A stretch of 64,000 nucleotides of DNA from Clostridiales bacterium (GTDB taxonomy: Bacteria > Bacillota > Clostridia > Oscillospirales > UBA644), in NCBI GenBank assembly GCA_016281915.1, contig JAEEJO010000012.1, forward strand, positions 30,029 to 94,028. The letters run 5' to 3'. The notes below the pieces were generated by a model, which saw only the letters and a program-made list of their open reading frames with translations, did no database searches and was not told the origin of the DNA. A program made the position numbers and the translations under genes. Of the stretch, positions 1-9,703 are shown one piece after another; position 1 is the stretch's first letter; the number at the start of each line of letters is the position of its first letter.

Positions 1-1440
1 CCAGTTAACGTTGAATATCTTCGGAGGATTGGGGATCTTTTTACCCATGTCGATCCAGTGTGCCCAGTAATCGCCCATATTGTAGCCTACGAACGGAAGC
101 ATAGCCATCGGGTCGCGGCGAACAACGCCTACTGCGCCTGCAGCTGCTGCGGTAGTTTCGGAAGCCATTGCGGAACCTACATATACGCCGTGGTTCCAGT
201 CAAATGACTGATATACGAGCGGTGCGGTCTTTGCGCGGCGGCCGCCGAATATGATAGCGTCAATGGGAACGCCTGCGGGATTGTTGAATTCTTTGGAAAT
301 GCACGGGCAGTTTTCAGCCATTGCAGTGAAGCGTGAGTTGGGATGTGCGCCCTTTGTTCCGTCAGAGCCGTCCCATTTTTCTCCGAGCCAGTTTTCGGCG
401 TTCTTCGGAGGATTCTTGTCAAGTCCTTCCCACCAGACCGTGTTGTCCTCAAGGTTGTGAACAACGTTTGTGAAGATGGTTTCTCTGCGGGTTGCGGCGA
501 GAGCGTTGGGGTTTGATTTAACGTTTGTTCCGGGAGCAACGCCGAAGAATCCGTTTTCGGGGTTTACCGCCCAGAGACGTCCGTCAGGACCGATGCGGAG
601 CCATGCGATATCGTCACCTACGCACCATACTTTATAACCCTGTTTTGCGAAGATTTCGGGAGGAATAAGCATTGCGAGGTTTGTTTTACCGCATGCTGAC
701 GGGAATGCAGCAGTGATATAATGGAGCTCGCCGTTCGGATATTCGATACCGAGGATGAGCATATGTTCAGCAAGCCAGCCCTCGTTATGAGCAAGGTAGG
801 AAGCGATTCTGAGAGCGAAGCACTTTTTGCCGAGAAGAACGTTTCCGCCGTAACCGGAGTTAACGGAGCAGATGCTGTTTTCCTGCGGGAAGTGAACGAT
901 GTATCTGTTTTCTTCGTCTATATCCTTTTTTGCATGAAGACCTTTGACAAAATCTGGGTTATCGCCGAGGGTATCGAGAACTTTCTGTCCCGCACGGGTC
1001 ATGATGAGCATGTTGAGAACAACGTAAATGGAGTCTGTGAGCTCAATACCGATTTTTGCGAACGGTGATTCGGGCATGCACATGGAATAAGGGATAACAT
1101 ACATCGTTCTGCCTACCATGCAGTCCTTGTAAAGAGCATTGAGTTTTGCGTGCATCTCTTTGGGATCGCACCAGTTGTTGATATTACCTGCTTCTTCCTG
1201 CGTTTCGGTGCAGATGAAGGTTCTGCTTTCAACACGTGCTACGTCGTTTTTCGCAGTTCTGTGAAGATAGCATCCGGGGAGTTTCTGTTCGTTTAATTTG
1301 ATGAGTTCGCCTGTGGAGCATGCTTCGGCGCGAAGAGCGTCTCTCTGTTCGTTGCTTCCGTCGATCCACACTACCTTATCGGGTTTGCAAAGTTTGACCT
1401 GTTCGTCAATCCAGTCAAGAACAGCTTTGTTTTTAGTCAT
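1..1440 (-). CDS. pck: Phosphoenolpyruvate carboxykinase (GTP-dependent), first 480 codons; the C-terminus lies beyond the left window edge
   Basis: Absent from the ORF track because there is no stop inside the window. My minus-strand translation from the ATG at 1440 reads MTKNKAVLDWIDEQVKLCKPDKVVWIDGS... The frame stays open to position 1. It contains the GTP-PEPCK motifs FPSACGKTN (P-loop), NSGYGGN, VGDDIAWLRIG and IFGGRR. Confidence 0.9.
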   Translation of the reverse strand, partial: MTKNKAVLDWIDEQVKLCKPDKVVWIDGSNEQRDALRAEACSTGELIKLNEQKLPGCYLHRTAKNDVARVESRTFICTETQEEAGNINNWCDPKEMHAKLNALYKDCMVGRTMYVIPYSMCMPESPFAKIGIELTDSIYVVLNMLIMTRAGQKVLDTLGDNPDFVKGLHAKKDIDEENRYIVHFPQENSICSVNSGYGGNVLLGKKCFALRIASYLAHNEGWLAEHMLILGIEYPNGELHYITAAFPSACGKTNLAMLIPPEIFAKQGYKVWCVGDDIAWLRIGPDGRLWAVNPENGFFGVAPGTNVKSNPNALAATRRETIFTNVVHNLEDNTVWWEGLDKNPPKNAENWLGEKWDGSDGTKGAHPNSRFTAMAENCPCISKEFNNPAGVPIDAIIFGGRRAKTAPLVYQSFDWNHGVYVGSAMASETTAAAAGAVGVVRRDPMAMLPFVGYNMGDYWAHWIDMGKKIPNPPKIFNVNW

Positions 1441-1612
1441 TTTATGCCCTTTCCGGTAATATAATACCTTATATATATTATAAAATCATTAATTATCCGG
1501 GTGGAAGTCCAATCCCACCGCATTATACATTATATCAGTGTAATGTGATTTATAAACAACAAGATTGTGACTTTTTGATAAAAGTAATTTGTATTCATTC
1601 TCGGCCCTGCGC

Positions 1613-1644
1613 ATAAAAAAGCTGCCGGACGCATACCCGGCAGC
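1613..1644 (-). terminator. Rho-independent terminator after potD
   Basis: Stem gctgccgg (1621-1628) pairs with ccggcagc (1637-1644) across an 8-nt loop. On the minus strand it is followed by a T6 run (plus-strand a-run 1615-1620). Confidence 0.6.
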
Positions 1645-1658
1645 ATTTTATTGTTTTA

Positions 1659-2702
1659 CTATGAGTTGATTACCGCGTTCCAGATCTCGGTATAGGTTGA
1701 CGTGTAATCTGCAAGGTCATCAAAAACTTCGCATTTTGCAAGCATTTCATCGGAAGGATAAATAACGGGGTCATTCTTGATCTCTTCATCAAGCTCTTCC
1801 CATGCAGCTGTGTTAGGGGTCGAGCTTTCGAGGTATTCCGCATTCATAAGTGCGATATCGGGGCGGCAAAGGAAGTCGATGAATTTTTCAGCCTCTTCCT
1901 TATGCTCTGCGCTTTCAAGAATGCAAACGTTATCCCACCAGATGTTTGTGCCCTGTTCGGGAATTACGAATTTGATGTTTTCGTTAAGGTCTCTTATGAA
2001 CGTAATATCGCAGGACCACATAACGGCAAGCCAGCCCTCTTCTTTCGCCATTTTTTCTTTGACGTCATCGGAGGTATATGCGAGAACGAGCGGCTTCTGC
2101 TGAATGAGAAGATCTTTTGCTTCGTTCAGTTCGTCTTTGTTCTTGGTATTGATCGAATAGCCAAGGCGAAGAAGAGCTACGGCAATAGAGTCGCGCTCAC
2201 TGTCCATCATAAAGATGTTTCCGGCATATTTTTCGTTCCAGAGAACATCCCAGGAAGTTACTTCGCTTTCATCGACGTATGCGGGATTATAAGCGATGCA
2301 GACTGTTCCACCGATGTAGGGAACGGAAAAAAGATTCTTTTTATCAAACGCCATGCCTTTATAGCTGTTGTTGATATACTTATAATTCGGGATATTGTCG
2401 TAGTTGATTTCGGCAAGCATGCCCTCATCCGCCATTTTCTTTACCATGTAGTCGGACGGGAATATGACGTCGTAGGAATAGCCCTTCATATTCTTGATCT
2501 TGTTATACATATTCTCATTTGTGTCGAATACGTTGTATAACACTTCAATACCCGTTTCTTTTGTGAACATTTCAATTACTTCAGGATCCATATACTCCTG
2601 CCAGTTGTAGACTCTGAGCTGTGTCGAACCTGACGAGCCGCAGGAACAAAGCAGTGCGGTAAGCATCGCTACGGCAATAAGTCCCAAAACAATTTTCTTC
2701 AA
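1659..2702 (-). CDS. potD: Spermidine/putrescine ABC transporter substrate-binding lipoprotein
   Basis: 347 aa. Signal peptide with lipobox LLCSC|G. PotD-like length and sequence (YNWQEYMDPEV, WNEKY). TTG start preceded by AAAGGAGAAAAG. Confidence 0.85.
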   Translation of the reverse strand: MKKIVLGLIAVAMLTALLCSCGSSGSTQLRVYNWQEYMDPEVIEMFTKETGIEVLYNVFDTNENMYNKIKNMKGYSYDVIFPSDYMVKKMADEGMLAEINYDNIPNYKYINNSYKGMAFDKKNLFSVPYIGGTVCIAYNPAYVDESEVTSWDVLWNEKYAGNIFMMDSERDSIAVALLRLGYSINTKNKDELNEAKDLLIQQKPLVLAYTSDDVKEKMAKEEGWLAVMWSCDITFIRDLNENIKFVIPEQGTNIWWDNVCILESAEHKEEAEKFIDFLCRPDIALMNAEYLESSTPNTAAWEELDEEIKNDPVIYPSDEMLAKCEVFDDLADYTSTYTEIWNAVINS

Positions 2703-2767
2703 TTTCTTTCTTTTCTCCTTTTGAAATATATAATTAACCGCTATGCGTCGGTTTTCGGAACAAAGGC

Positions 2768-3289
2768 TTACAGATAACCGAGGAGCAGCTTCTGTCCTTT
2801 TTTGGAAAGCTTGCTTACGTCGTCTATTTCGTAACGGTTATCGTAAGAGTCGATAATAAGTATTTTGCCGCTGTTGAGCTGTTTGATGCTTGAATAGATA
2901 TCTCTGATATCAAAAGCGAATTCGCCGCGGTCGGTAAGCACCTTCCACTGAAGGATGCCGTAAACGCTTTTCTGCTCGTAAATATCGAGGATCTTCGGTA
3001 TCATATAATATTTATTCAGAGAATCGGTCAGCGCTTTTGCGGACTCTTCATCAAGGTTTGCAACATCCCTGATAATAAGATATTCCGTGATCTTATCTTT
3101 ACCGCGCTCGTCCTCTTCAACACGGACGATGCTGATATTTTTATAGATATCGGAAATAGGGAAATAACGGCGAGGTTCAACGTCCTCATAAACCGTTCCG
3201 TCGGGCATGGTCACGTTAAGAAGAACGCCCATTGAGCCCGGAGTAATATGAATATGTTTTCCGCTGAAAAATCTTACTGAATTATCCAT
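2768..3289 (-). CDS. DUF1854-like protein (partner of the upstream ABC exporter)
   Basis: 173 aa, starting 25 nt downstream of the exporter stop. The assignment rests on recalled family resemblance and the typical pairing with an ABC exporter; it is not verified. Confidence 0.55.
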   Translation of the reverse strand: MDNSVRFFSGKHIHITPGSMGVLLNVTMPDGTVYEDVEPRRYFPISDIYKNISIVRVEEDERGKDKITEYLIIRDVANLDEESAKALTDSLNKYYMIPKILDIYEQKSVYGILQWKVLTDRGEFAFDIRDIYSSIKQLNSGKILIIDSYDNRYEIDDVSKLSKKGQKLLLGYL

Positions 3290-3314
3290 AAAATCACCGA
3301 TTTTAATAAATCAA

Positions 3315-5669
3315 TTATTTGCCGTCGCCTTCAAAAATGCCGCCTTCGTCCGAAAGTTCACGGGCAAGAGACTGTATCTTGACAAGCTTGTAATATCTTC
3401 CCTGTTTTTCCATAAGCTCGTTATGAGAGCCCATTTCGGAGATCTTGCCGTCTTCAACAACAATGATCTTATCCGCTTTTTTCAGGGTTGAAAGTCTGTG
3501 CGCTATCATAATGGTCGTTCTGCCGTTTATAATACGCTCGATCGCTTCCTGAATAATGCTTTCGGTTTCAGAGTCGACAGAAGCCGTAGCCTCATCAAGG
3601 ATAAGGATCGCAGGGTCTTTGAGAACGGCGCGCGCAATGGAAATACGCTGACGTTCGCCACCGGAAAGGCCTACGCCGCGCTCACCGAGCATAGTATCGT
3701 AGCTGTCGGGAAGTTTAGTGATAAACTTATGCGCATTTGCGACCTGCGCCGCATAAATAACGTCCTCAACAGGTGTTGTCGGGTCTGAATGAGCAATATT
3801 TCTGAATACCGTGTCTTTGAAAAGAAGCGGTTCCTGCAAAACGTAGCCGACGGATGAGCGGTAAAACTGAAGGTCTATATCTCTTATGTTCTGATCGTCG
3901 ATATAAATCTCGCCTTCATGGTTTTCGTAGTAACGCATAAGCAGGTTGACTATGGTGGACTTACCGGAACCGGTTGTTCCGACTATGCCGACGATCTCGC
4001 CCGGCTCGATAACAAAATTGACGTTGGAAAGTATCTTTTTGCCTTTTTCGTAACTGAAAGATACGTTTCTGAATTCGATTTTACCTTTGATGCCGCCTTC
4101 AGGGATATTGCCCTTACCGAAGTCCTCTTCCGGCTCCGCATCAAGTATCTCAAAAACACGTTCAGCGGACGTGAAAGCGCTGATAAATGTTTCGTTGAGG
4201 CTTACGAAAAACTGGACCGGGTTGTAGAACATCCACATATAGTTGATAAACGCAACCAGTCCGCCGGCGGTCAGAACGGAAGAGCCGAGAAACGACGCTT
4301 TCGTAAGAACCATATATCCGCCAAGTCCCCAGATAACAAGGCTGCCCATCATCATTACAAGTCCGGTAGCACTGTTGTAAATTGAGGAGATCCTTGCGGT
4401 TTTAAGGTTTTCGTTTATAAGATCCTTATTGGTGGAAGTGAAGTTGTTTATTGATTTTTCTTCTGACGTAAACGCTTTAACTACTTTTATACCCGGCAGA
4501 GTGTCTGCAAGGATAGAGTTGATCTTCGCGCCGCGTTTCCAGATACGGTAATAATAAGGGTGTATGAATTTGGAGAATATTTTTGCGCTTATTACTACTA
4601 TCGGGATCGGAAGAAGTGACAGAAGAGACAAAACGGGGTTCATCGAAACCATTACAACAACGATTCCGACGAGCTGTATGGCCTGAGTGAGCACTTCCTG
4701 CGAAATACGCATGATAAAACCGTTAAGATTTGCGGTATCGCCGTTTATTCTCGATATAACGGAACCGGTGGAGGTTTTATCATAGTATTTTATCGGAAGA
4801 TACTGCGCTTTTGTGTAGAGCTCGGTTTTCAGAGTATTTGTTATGCGTTCCGAAGCAATTCTGAGTATATAACCGCGGAAAGCGCCTACGATATTCTGGA
4901 ACGTGTTGATGATGAAAAGGAAAAGAACTATCATGAAAAGTTCGTTTATCCTTGCGTTCATCTCGGGCGTTCCCTTGACAAGGTCTGAAACGTTAACGAG
5001 CGTCTGGTCGACGAGCCTTGCGGTAAGAAGCGGAGGGATCAGGTTTGTAACGGTTGTAATGACCGCCATAAGAAGCGCGACGATCAAGAGCACAAGATGC
5101 GGTTTGACATAAACGAGGATACGACCGAGTATCTTCTTTTTATCGGCGCATTTTATGCAGGGAGCATTTTTATAAGGAAGACGTGCTCCGCACTTGGGGC
5201 AGTAGAGCTGGCGTTTTTCATATGATTCGTGAACGCCCTCTATGAGAGTATTTTTATCTTTTCCCTCGTTAAGATCGTTGATATACTGGGCAATATTGTC
5301 AAAATATTCCGTAACGGAGTATGAGCACTTATTAAGTTCAAGCAGCTTTCCGCCTGTTTTTATGCGGAAAAGCGCGTTGCCGTACATTCTTTTGACATCT
5401 GCTTTTTCTATATCGCCGAGCTTGAAGCGCAACACCTTTTCATCGCGCATCTCATCATAAGATATAAGTTGTCTGTCTGTTACGGCAGCAAAGCTTTCGC
5501 CATAGCGGCTGCCTAAAACTACGTCGGAAACAACATAAAAATAAACTGTTTCGTCAGCATCGGTGACGGATTTGACAATTTCCGAGAATTTTCCGGGAAC
5601 TTCCTTGTTTTTGCAGGGAAGGCATTCGAGGATCTCTTCAAATGTCATTTTCTTTTTTTCTTCAGCCAT
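3315..5669 (-). CDS. ABC exporter, fused permease/ATPase (MsbA-like), with an extra ~190-aa N-terminal cytoplasmic domain and zinc ribbon
   Basis: Walker A GTTGSGKST, signature LSGGERQR, Walker B ILILDEATS, and six predicted TM helices. N-terminus has CPKCGARLPYKNAPCIKC. Start moved to the ATG at 5669 (MAEEKKKMTFEE), which sits 7 nt after GAGGAG. Confidence 0.85.
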   Translation of the reverse strand: MAEEKKKMTFEEILECLPCKNKEVPGKFSEIVKSVTDADETVYFYVVSDVVLGSRYGESFAAVTDRQLISYDEMRDEKVLRFKLGDIEKADVKRMYGNALFRIKTGGKLLELNKCSYSVTEYFDNIAQYINDLNEGKDKNTLIEGVHESYEKRQLYCPKCGARLPYKNAPCIKCADKKKILGRILVYVKPHLVLLIVALLMAVITTVTNLIPPLLTARLVDQTLVNVSDLVKGTPEMNARINELFMIVLFLFIINTFQNIVGAFRGYILRIASERITNTLKTELYTKAQYLPIKYYDKTSTGSVISRINGDTANLNGFIMRISQEVLTQAIQLVGIVVVMVSMNPVLSLLSLLPIPIVVISAKIFSKFIHPYYYRIWKRGAKINSILADTLPGIKVVKAFTSEEKSINNFTSTNKDLINENLKTARISSIYNSATGLVMMMGSLVIWGLGGYMVLTKASFLGSSVLTAGGLVAFINYMWMFYNPVQFFVSLNETFISAFTSAERVFEILDAEPEEDFGKGNIPEGGIKGKIEFRNVSFSYEKGKKILSNVNFVIEPGEIVGIVGTTGSGKSTIVNLLMRYYENHEGEIYIDDQNIRDIDLQFYRSSVGYVLQEPLLFKDTVFRNIAHSDPTTPVEDVIYAAQVANAHKFITKLPDSYDTMLGERGVGLSGGERQRISIARAVLKDPAILILDEATASVDSETESIIQEAIERIINGRTTIMIAHRLSTLKKADKIIVVEDGKISEMGSHNELMEKQGRYYKLVKIQSLARELSDEGGIFEGDGK

Positions 5670-5717
5670 ATATGGACTCCTCAAGGCTTCAGTGGTTTTT
5701 AAAACGAAATTACGGAG

Positions 5718-5746
5718 ATTATATCATTTTTTTTCGAACATTTCAA
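5718..5746 (-). promoter_or_regulatory. Sigma-A type promoter for the ABC exporter/DUF1854/potD unit
   Basis: Minus strand reads TTGAAA (5741-5746), 17-nt spacer, TATAAT (5718-5723), about 45 nt upstream of the 5669 start. Confidence 0.55.
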
Positions 5747-5811
5747 CAAGTTACGCGAAAATTAAAACTTTTTTATGTTGCTTTCAATTTGTCATAAAAA
5801 GGCATTGACAT

Positions 5812-5832
5812 ATTTGTGCATTTTGCACAAAT
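5812..5832. repeat. Perfect 9-3-9 inverted repeat ATTTGTGCA-ttt-TGCACAAAT just downstream of the potC stop
   Basis: Read directly: 5812-5820 is the reverse complement of 5824-5832. It could be a terminator hairpin or an operator. Confidence 0.6.
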
Positions 5833-5840
5833 GATGCTTT

Positions 5841-6710
5841 TTACGCCCTTTGTTTTTTTCCGTTCGACTGCGGATCCTTAATATTTGTGATGACAAGGAC
5901 TATGATCACGATAACGAAAATAATAGTTGAAAGAGCGTTGATTTCAGGCGTTATACCGCGTTTTGTCATCGAGTATATTTCGAGAGAAAGCGTGGAAACG
6001 ACCGGTCCGCTTGTGAAAAGACTGATTACGAAGTCATCCATCGACATTGTAAGCGAAAGCAGGAAGCCCGACACGATGCCCGGCATTATCTGAGGAACGA
6101 TTACGTTCACGAGCGCCTTTGTAGGCGTTGCGCCAAGGTCGAGCGCCGCTTCGTAAATATTGTTGTCCATCTGTTTCAGCTTTGGCATTACGGAAAGGAT
6201 AACGTATGGGATATTGAAAGAAATATGTGCAATTATCAGTGAGGCGTAGCCAAGCGGTATGCCAAGGATATTATAAAGGAGCAGCAGCGAAACACCGGTG
6301 ATGATATCGGCATTCAGGATAGGGATGTTCGTTACGTTCATAACGATGCTTTTCGGTATTTTTTTCATATAAAAAATACCTATTGCGGAAACCGTGCCGA
6401 ATACGGTGGAAATAACCGCCGAAGAAAGCGCAACTATAACTGTTGTAAGAAGCGCCGATTTTATTCGGTCGTCATTCAGAAGTTCTTCATACCACTTGAA
6501 GGAGAAGCCTTCCCACACGCCGGTGGAACGGCCGGAGTTGAAAGAAAATATAACAAGAACGATTATGGGAAGATAGGTAAAAATGAATACTATCGTAAGG
6601 TATACGAGCCGTGAAATCTTCGTTGATTTTCTCTTCGGATTGCCGAAAAGAAGAATTAGCGAGATAATAACGGGAACGGCTATGACCGCGATATAGATGA
6701 GATCTGTCAT
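5841..6710 (-). CDS. potC: Spermidine/putrescine ABC transporter permease
   Basis: 289 aa polytopic membrane protein with EAA-like loop YEAALDLGATPTKALVNVIVPQ. A 4-nt overlap with potB suggests translational coupling. Confidence 0.85.
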   Translation of the reverse strand: MTDLIYIAVIAVPVIISLILLFGNPKRKSTKISRLVYLTIVFIFTYLPIIVLVIFSFNSGRSTGVWEGFSFKWYEELLNDDRIKSALLTTVIVALSSAVISTVFGTVSAIGIFYMKKIPKSIVMNVTNIPILNADIITGVSLLLLYNILGIPLGYASLIIAHISFNIPYVILSVMPKLKQMDNNIYEAALDLGATPTKALVNVIVPQIMPGIVSGFLLSLTMSMDDFVISLFTSGPVVSTLSLEIYSMTKRGITPEINALSTIIFVIVIIVLVITNIKDPQSNGKKQRA

Positions 6711-7828
6711 ATCAGTCCACCTCCGATATTATCCGAATCGCTGTCTTTGCCTGAAATAAGGAACATTGAGGCAAGCATGAGGACCATAATTATTACGGAC
6801 ATGGCAGAGCCGAACCACATATCGTTGTTGAAAACTCTCTCTATCTCCTCGCCTATCGTTGCGCACTGTGTTCCGCCCATGATCTTGGAAATGGCGAACG
6901 CCGTGATCGCGGGAACGAAGGTCATTGTTATACCGCTTGAAATACCGGGTATTGCGAGAGGGAAAATAACTCTGAAAAGAGTGCGGTAGTGATTTGCGCC
7001 AAGGTCGTAAGACGCCTCGATGAGAGATCTGTCGATCTTGATGAGAGTATTGTAAATGGGAAGGATCATAAACGGCAGAAAGTCGTAGACCATAACAAGA
7101 ATAACGGCGCCCTGCGTATACATGAGATTCTGCGCGGGAAGTCCGACAGAACCGAGGATCGTATTTATGATACCCGTTTTTTCAACAAGGGTCCTCCACG
7201 CATACGTTCTCAGAAGGAAGTTTATCCACATAGGGAGCAGAAACATTACCGAAACGATGTTTCTTGTTCTTTCCTTCATTTTTGAAAGGACATACGCCGT
7301 GGGAAAGCCTATAAGGAGACAAAAGACAGTTGACATGAACGCAATGTAGATAGAGCGGAGAAAAACCTTCATCGAGTCGCCGTTATTGAAGAAACGGACG
7401 AAGTTGTCTATCGTAAAATAAAAGCCGGTAAGCTTATTGAGAAATTTTACGTTGTCAAGATCCTGAGCTATAAGCTCTTCGCCGTCGTATTCTTCGATAT
7501 TTGAGATCTTGCCATCCTCAAAAAACACTCTGTATGTTTCGGGGTGTTTCGGTCTGTAATTGACGATCGTCAGCTTTTCGCCGTCGTAATAATACGTGCC
7601 TATCCGTGAAAGAGAAGAATCCTCGTCATATCCGATGAAATCGAGATTGTCGATTATTATCTCAGGAGAATTCTCAAAGTTTTTATATACCGAATAGTTG
7701 TCTATCTGACGTGTAAAGGAGTAGAATATTACAAGGATAAGAGGCGCTACGAGAAAGATTATCGCAAACACGAGATACGGATATGCGAAAGCCGTGCGTG
7801 TCAGCCGGAATTTCGGTAAAGGTTTCAT
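6707..7828 (-). CDS. potB: Spermidine/putrescine ABC transporter permease with an enlarged first external loop
   Basis: 373 aa with EAA loop [21 protein letters not shown]. About 100 extra residues lie between TM1 and TM2. Overlaps potA by 4 nt. Confidence 0.8.
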   Translation of the reverse strand: MKPLPKFRLTRTAFAYPYLVFAIIFLVAPLILVIFYSFTRQIDNYSVYKNFENSPEIIIDNLDFIGYDEDSSLSRIGTYYYDGEKLTIVNYRPKHPETYRVFFEDGKISNIEEYDGEELIAQDLDNVKFLNKLTGFYFTIDNFVRFFNNGDSMKVFLRSIYIAFMSTVFCLLIGFPTAYVLSKMKERTRNIVSVMFLLPMWINFLLRTYAWRTLVEKTGIINTILGSVGLPAQNLMYTQGAVILVMVYDFLPFMILPIYNTLIKIDRSLIEASYDLGANHYRTLFRVIFPLAIPGISSGITMTFVPAITAFAISKIMGGTQCATIGEEIERVFNNDMWFGSAMSVIIMVLMLASMFLISGKDSDSDNIGGGLI

Positions 7829-8940
7829 TCCTCCTCATCCTCCTCGGGAACGTTGCTGAACACGCTGTAATCGATATCCTCGCCTTTCATAACGTGGATA
7901 TCGTTAGGGTAAAAGCAAATTCCTACCCTGTCGCCGATATCGGCGGCATCGGTTGAGTGGACGAGCCATGTGTAAGGATAGTTTACCTGCTCAACGGTCA
8001 TTTCATAGTGAACGCCTTTGAAAACGCACGATTTTACAACGCCGTGCAGGAAGCCTTCTTTTTCGGGTTTAATTTCTATATCTTCGGGACGGACAACTAC
8101 TCCGACCTTCTCGTTGTCTTCAAAGCCTTTGTCTACGCATTCAAAGAGCCTGCCGCATATCTCTACGCGGTAGTCTTCAAGCATAACGCCCGGAAGGATA
8201 TTGCTTTCGCCGATGAAATCAGCTACAAAAGCATTTTTCGGTTCGTTGTAGATATCCTGCGGGGTGCCTATCTGCTGGATCTCTCCGCCCTTCATTACAA
8301 CGACTATATCGGACATCGTAAGCGCTTCTTCCTGGTCATGAGTAACGTAAATAAACGTGATGCCCGTTTTTATCTGTATATTTTTAAGCTCTATCTGCAT
8401 TTCCTTGCGGAGCTTGAGGTCAAGCGCTCCGAGAGGCTCGTCAAGAAGCAGGACGTGAGGCTTGTTTATAAGCGCTCTTGCTATTGCCACACGCTGCTGC
8501 TGACCGCCTGATAGAGATGATATGTCTCTGTTTTCAAAACCGCGCAGATTGACAAGCGCAAGCATTTCTTCAACACGTTTTTTTATCTCTTTTTCACGTG
8601 TTTTTCTTTCTTCTTTCGGCACCTTCTGCATACGCAGTCCGTAGGCTATATTGCCGAATACTGTCAGATGCGGGAAAAGCGCATATTTCTGAAAAACTGT
8701 GTTGACGTTGCGTTTGTATGGCGGTAAATCGTTAATTATCTCATTTGCAAAGAAAACATTGCCGCTGTCCTGGCGCTGAAAACCGCCGATAATGCGCAAA
8801 GTGGTAGTCTTTCCGCATCCGCTTGGACCGAGCAATGTTACAAATTCCTTGTCGCCTATATTGAGATTTAAATTTTTCAAAATTTGTTCCCCACCAAGTG
8901 CGACTGAAATGTTTTCCAGTCGAATGATGCTTTCTGCCAT
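7825..8940 (-). CDS. potA: Spermidine/putrescine import ATP-binding protein
   Basis: Walker [10 protein letters not shown], signature [10 protein letters not shown], Walker [12 protein letters not shown], and a C-terminal TOBE-like domain. Confidence 0.9.
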   Translation of the reverse strand: MAESIIRLENISVALGGEQILKNLNLNIGDKEFVTLLGPSGCGKTTTLRIIGGFQRQDSGNVFFANEIINDLPPYKRNVNTVFQKYALFPHLTVFGNIAYGLRMQKVPKEERKTREKEIKKRVEEMLALVNLRGFENRDISSLSGGQQQRVAIARALINKPHVLLLDEPLGALDLKLRKEMQIELKNIQIKTGITFIYVTHDQEEALTMSDIVVVMKGGEIQQIGTPQDIYNEPKNAFVADFIGESNILPGVMLEDYRVEICGRLFECVDKGFEDNEKVGVVVRPEDIEIKPEKEGFLHGVVKSCVFKGVHYEMTVEQVNYPYTWLVHSTDAADIGDRVGICFYPNDIHVMKGEDIDYSVFSNVPEEDEEE

Positions 8941-9027
8941 CTATCTATCTCCCTTCAGAGCCCGAAAAGGTCTCTGTATTTCACGTTTTCTCCCGACTTG
9001 GACGGAAGCACAAAATACTTGTTTATA

Positions 9028-9055
9028 ATAATACCACAAATAATCGGTTTGTCAA
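9028..9055 (-). promoter_or_regulatory. Promoter for potABC
   Basis: Minus strand reads TTGACA (9050-9055), 16-nt spacer ending in TGg (extended -10), then TATTAT (9028-9033). Confidence 0.5.
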
Positions 9056-9149
9056 TACTTTCCCGAAAATGTAATACTTTTTTTGACAAATGATAACAAA
9101 AAAAAACAGCCCGGTCCGCCGACGTGTTTTCATTGCCGTTTCAAGCTTA

Positions 9150-9178
9150 TTGACAATACGCGTCATTTATGATAAACT
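9150..9178 (+). promoter_or_regulatory. Promoter for the 9225 gene, divergent from the pot promoter
   Basis: TTGACA (9150-9155), 17-nt spacer ending in TGa, TAAACT (9173-9178). Confidence 0.55.
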
Positions 9179-9224
9179 GATGCCGCAGCTTTGATGCGAG
9201 CAAACACGAAACGGAGAAAATAAG

Positions 9225-9671
9225 ATGCTCAACGACCTGTTCAACATTCTATGTCTTATGAAACAAGGCGTATATAACGAATATACGGCGGCAAAGACGA
9301 TCGAGGAATTATTCGACCGCAATTCCGAAAACGTCCCGACAGACAGGCTGCCCTGGGGTGACGACGGCAAGCTGCGCATAGCGGCGTTTGTAGGAAGCAG
9401 GCTTATCGATTCAAAAGAAGCTTATGAAAGATACAGATTTACGGTCGATCTCGGTTTCAGTGATCTTGAAGCTGCAGCGTGCTGCGGCAATATTACCTGC
9501 GGAGATATAAACGGAGACGTTACGTGTCTTGGAGACATCGTCTGCGACGGCATTTATGGCGACGTCTGCTGTTCGGGAGACATAAAATGCACCGGAATCG
9601 GCGGAGAGGTAACGGCTGCAGACGGTTCTGACAACGATAACGGCGAAAACTATTTTGACGACGGGCTGTGA
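9225..9671 (+). CDS. Hypothetical small protein with a C-terminal Cys/Gly/Asp-rich short repeats
   Basis: 148 aa with RBS GGAGAAAATAAG before the ATG. The C-terminal half reads CCGNITCGDINGDVTCLGDIVCDGIYGDVCCSGDIKCTGIGGEV (GD[IV]xC periodicity), followed by an acidic tail. Confidence 0.6.
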   Translation: MLNDLFNILCLMKQGVYNEYTAAKTIEELFDRNSENVPTDRLPWGDDGKLRIAAFVGSRLIDSKEAYERYRFTVDLGFSDLEAAACCGNITCGDINGDVTCLGDIVCDGIYGDVCCSGDIKCTGIGGEVTAADGSDNDNGENYFDDGL

Positions 9672-9703
9672 GCCACTGCCGATCATAAAACAAGAGGTAA
9701 ATA

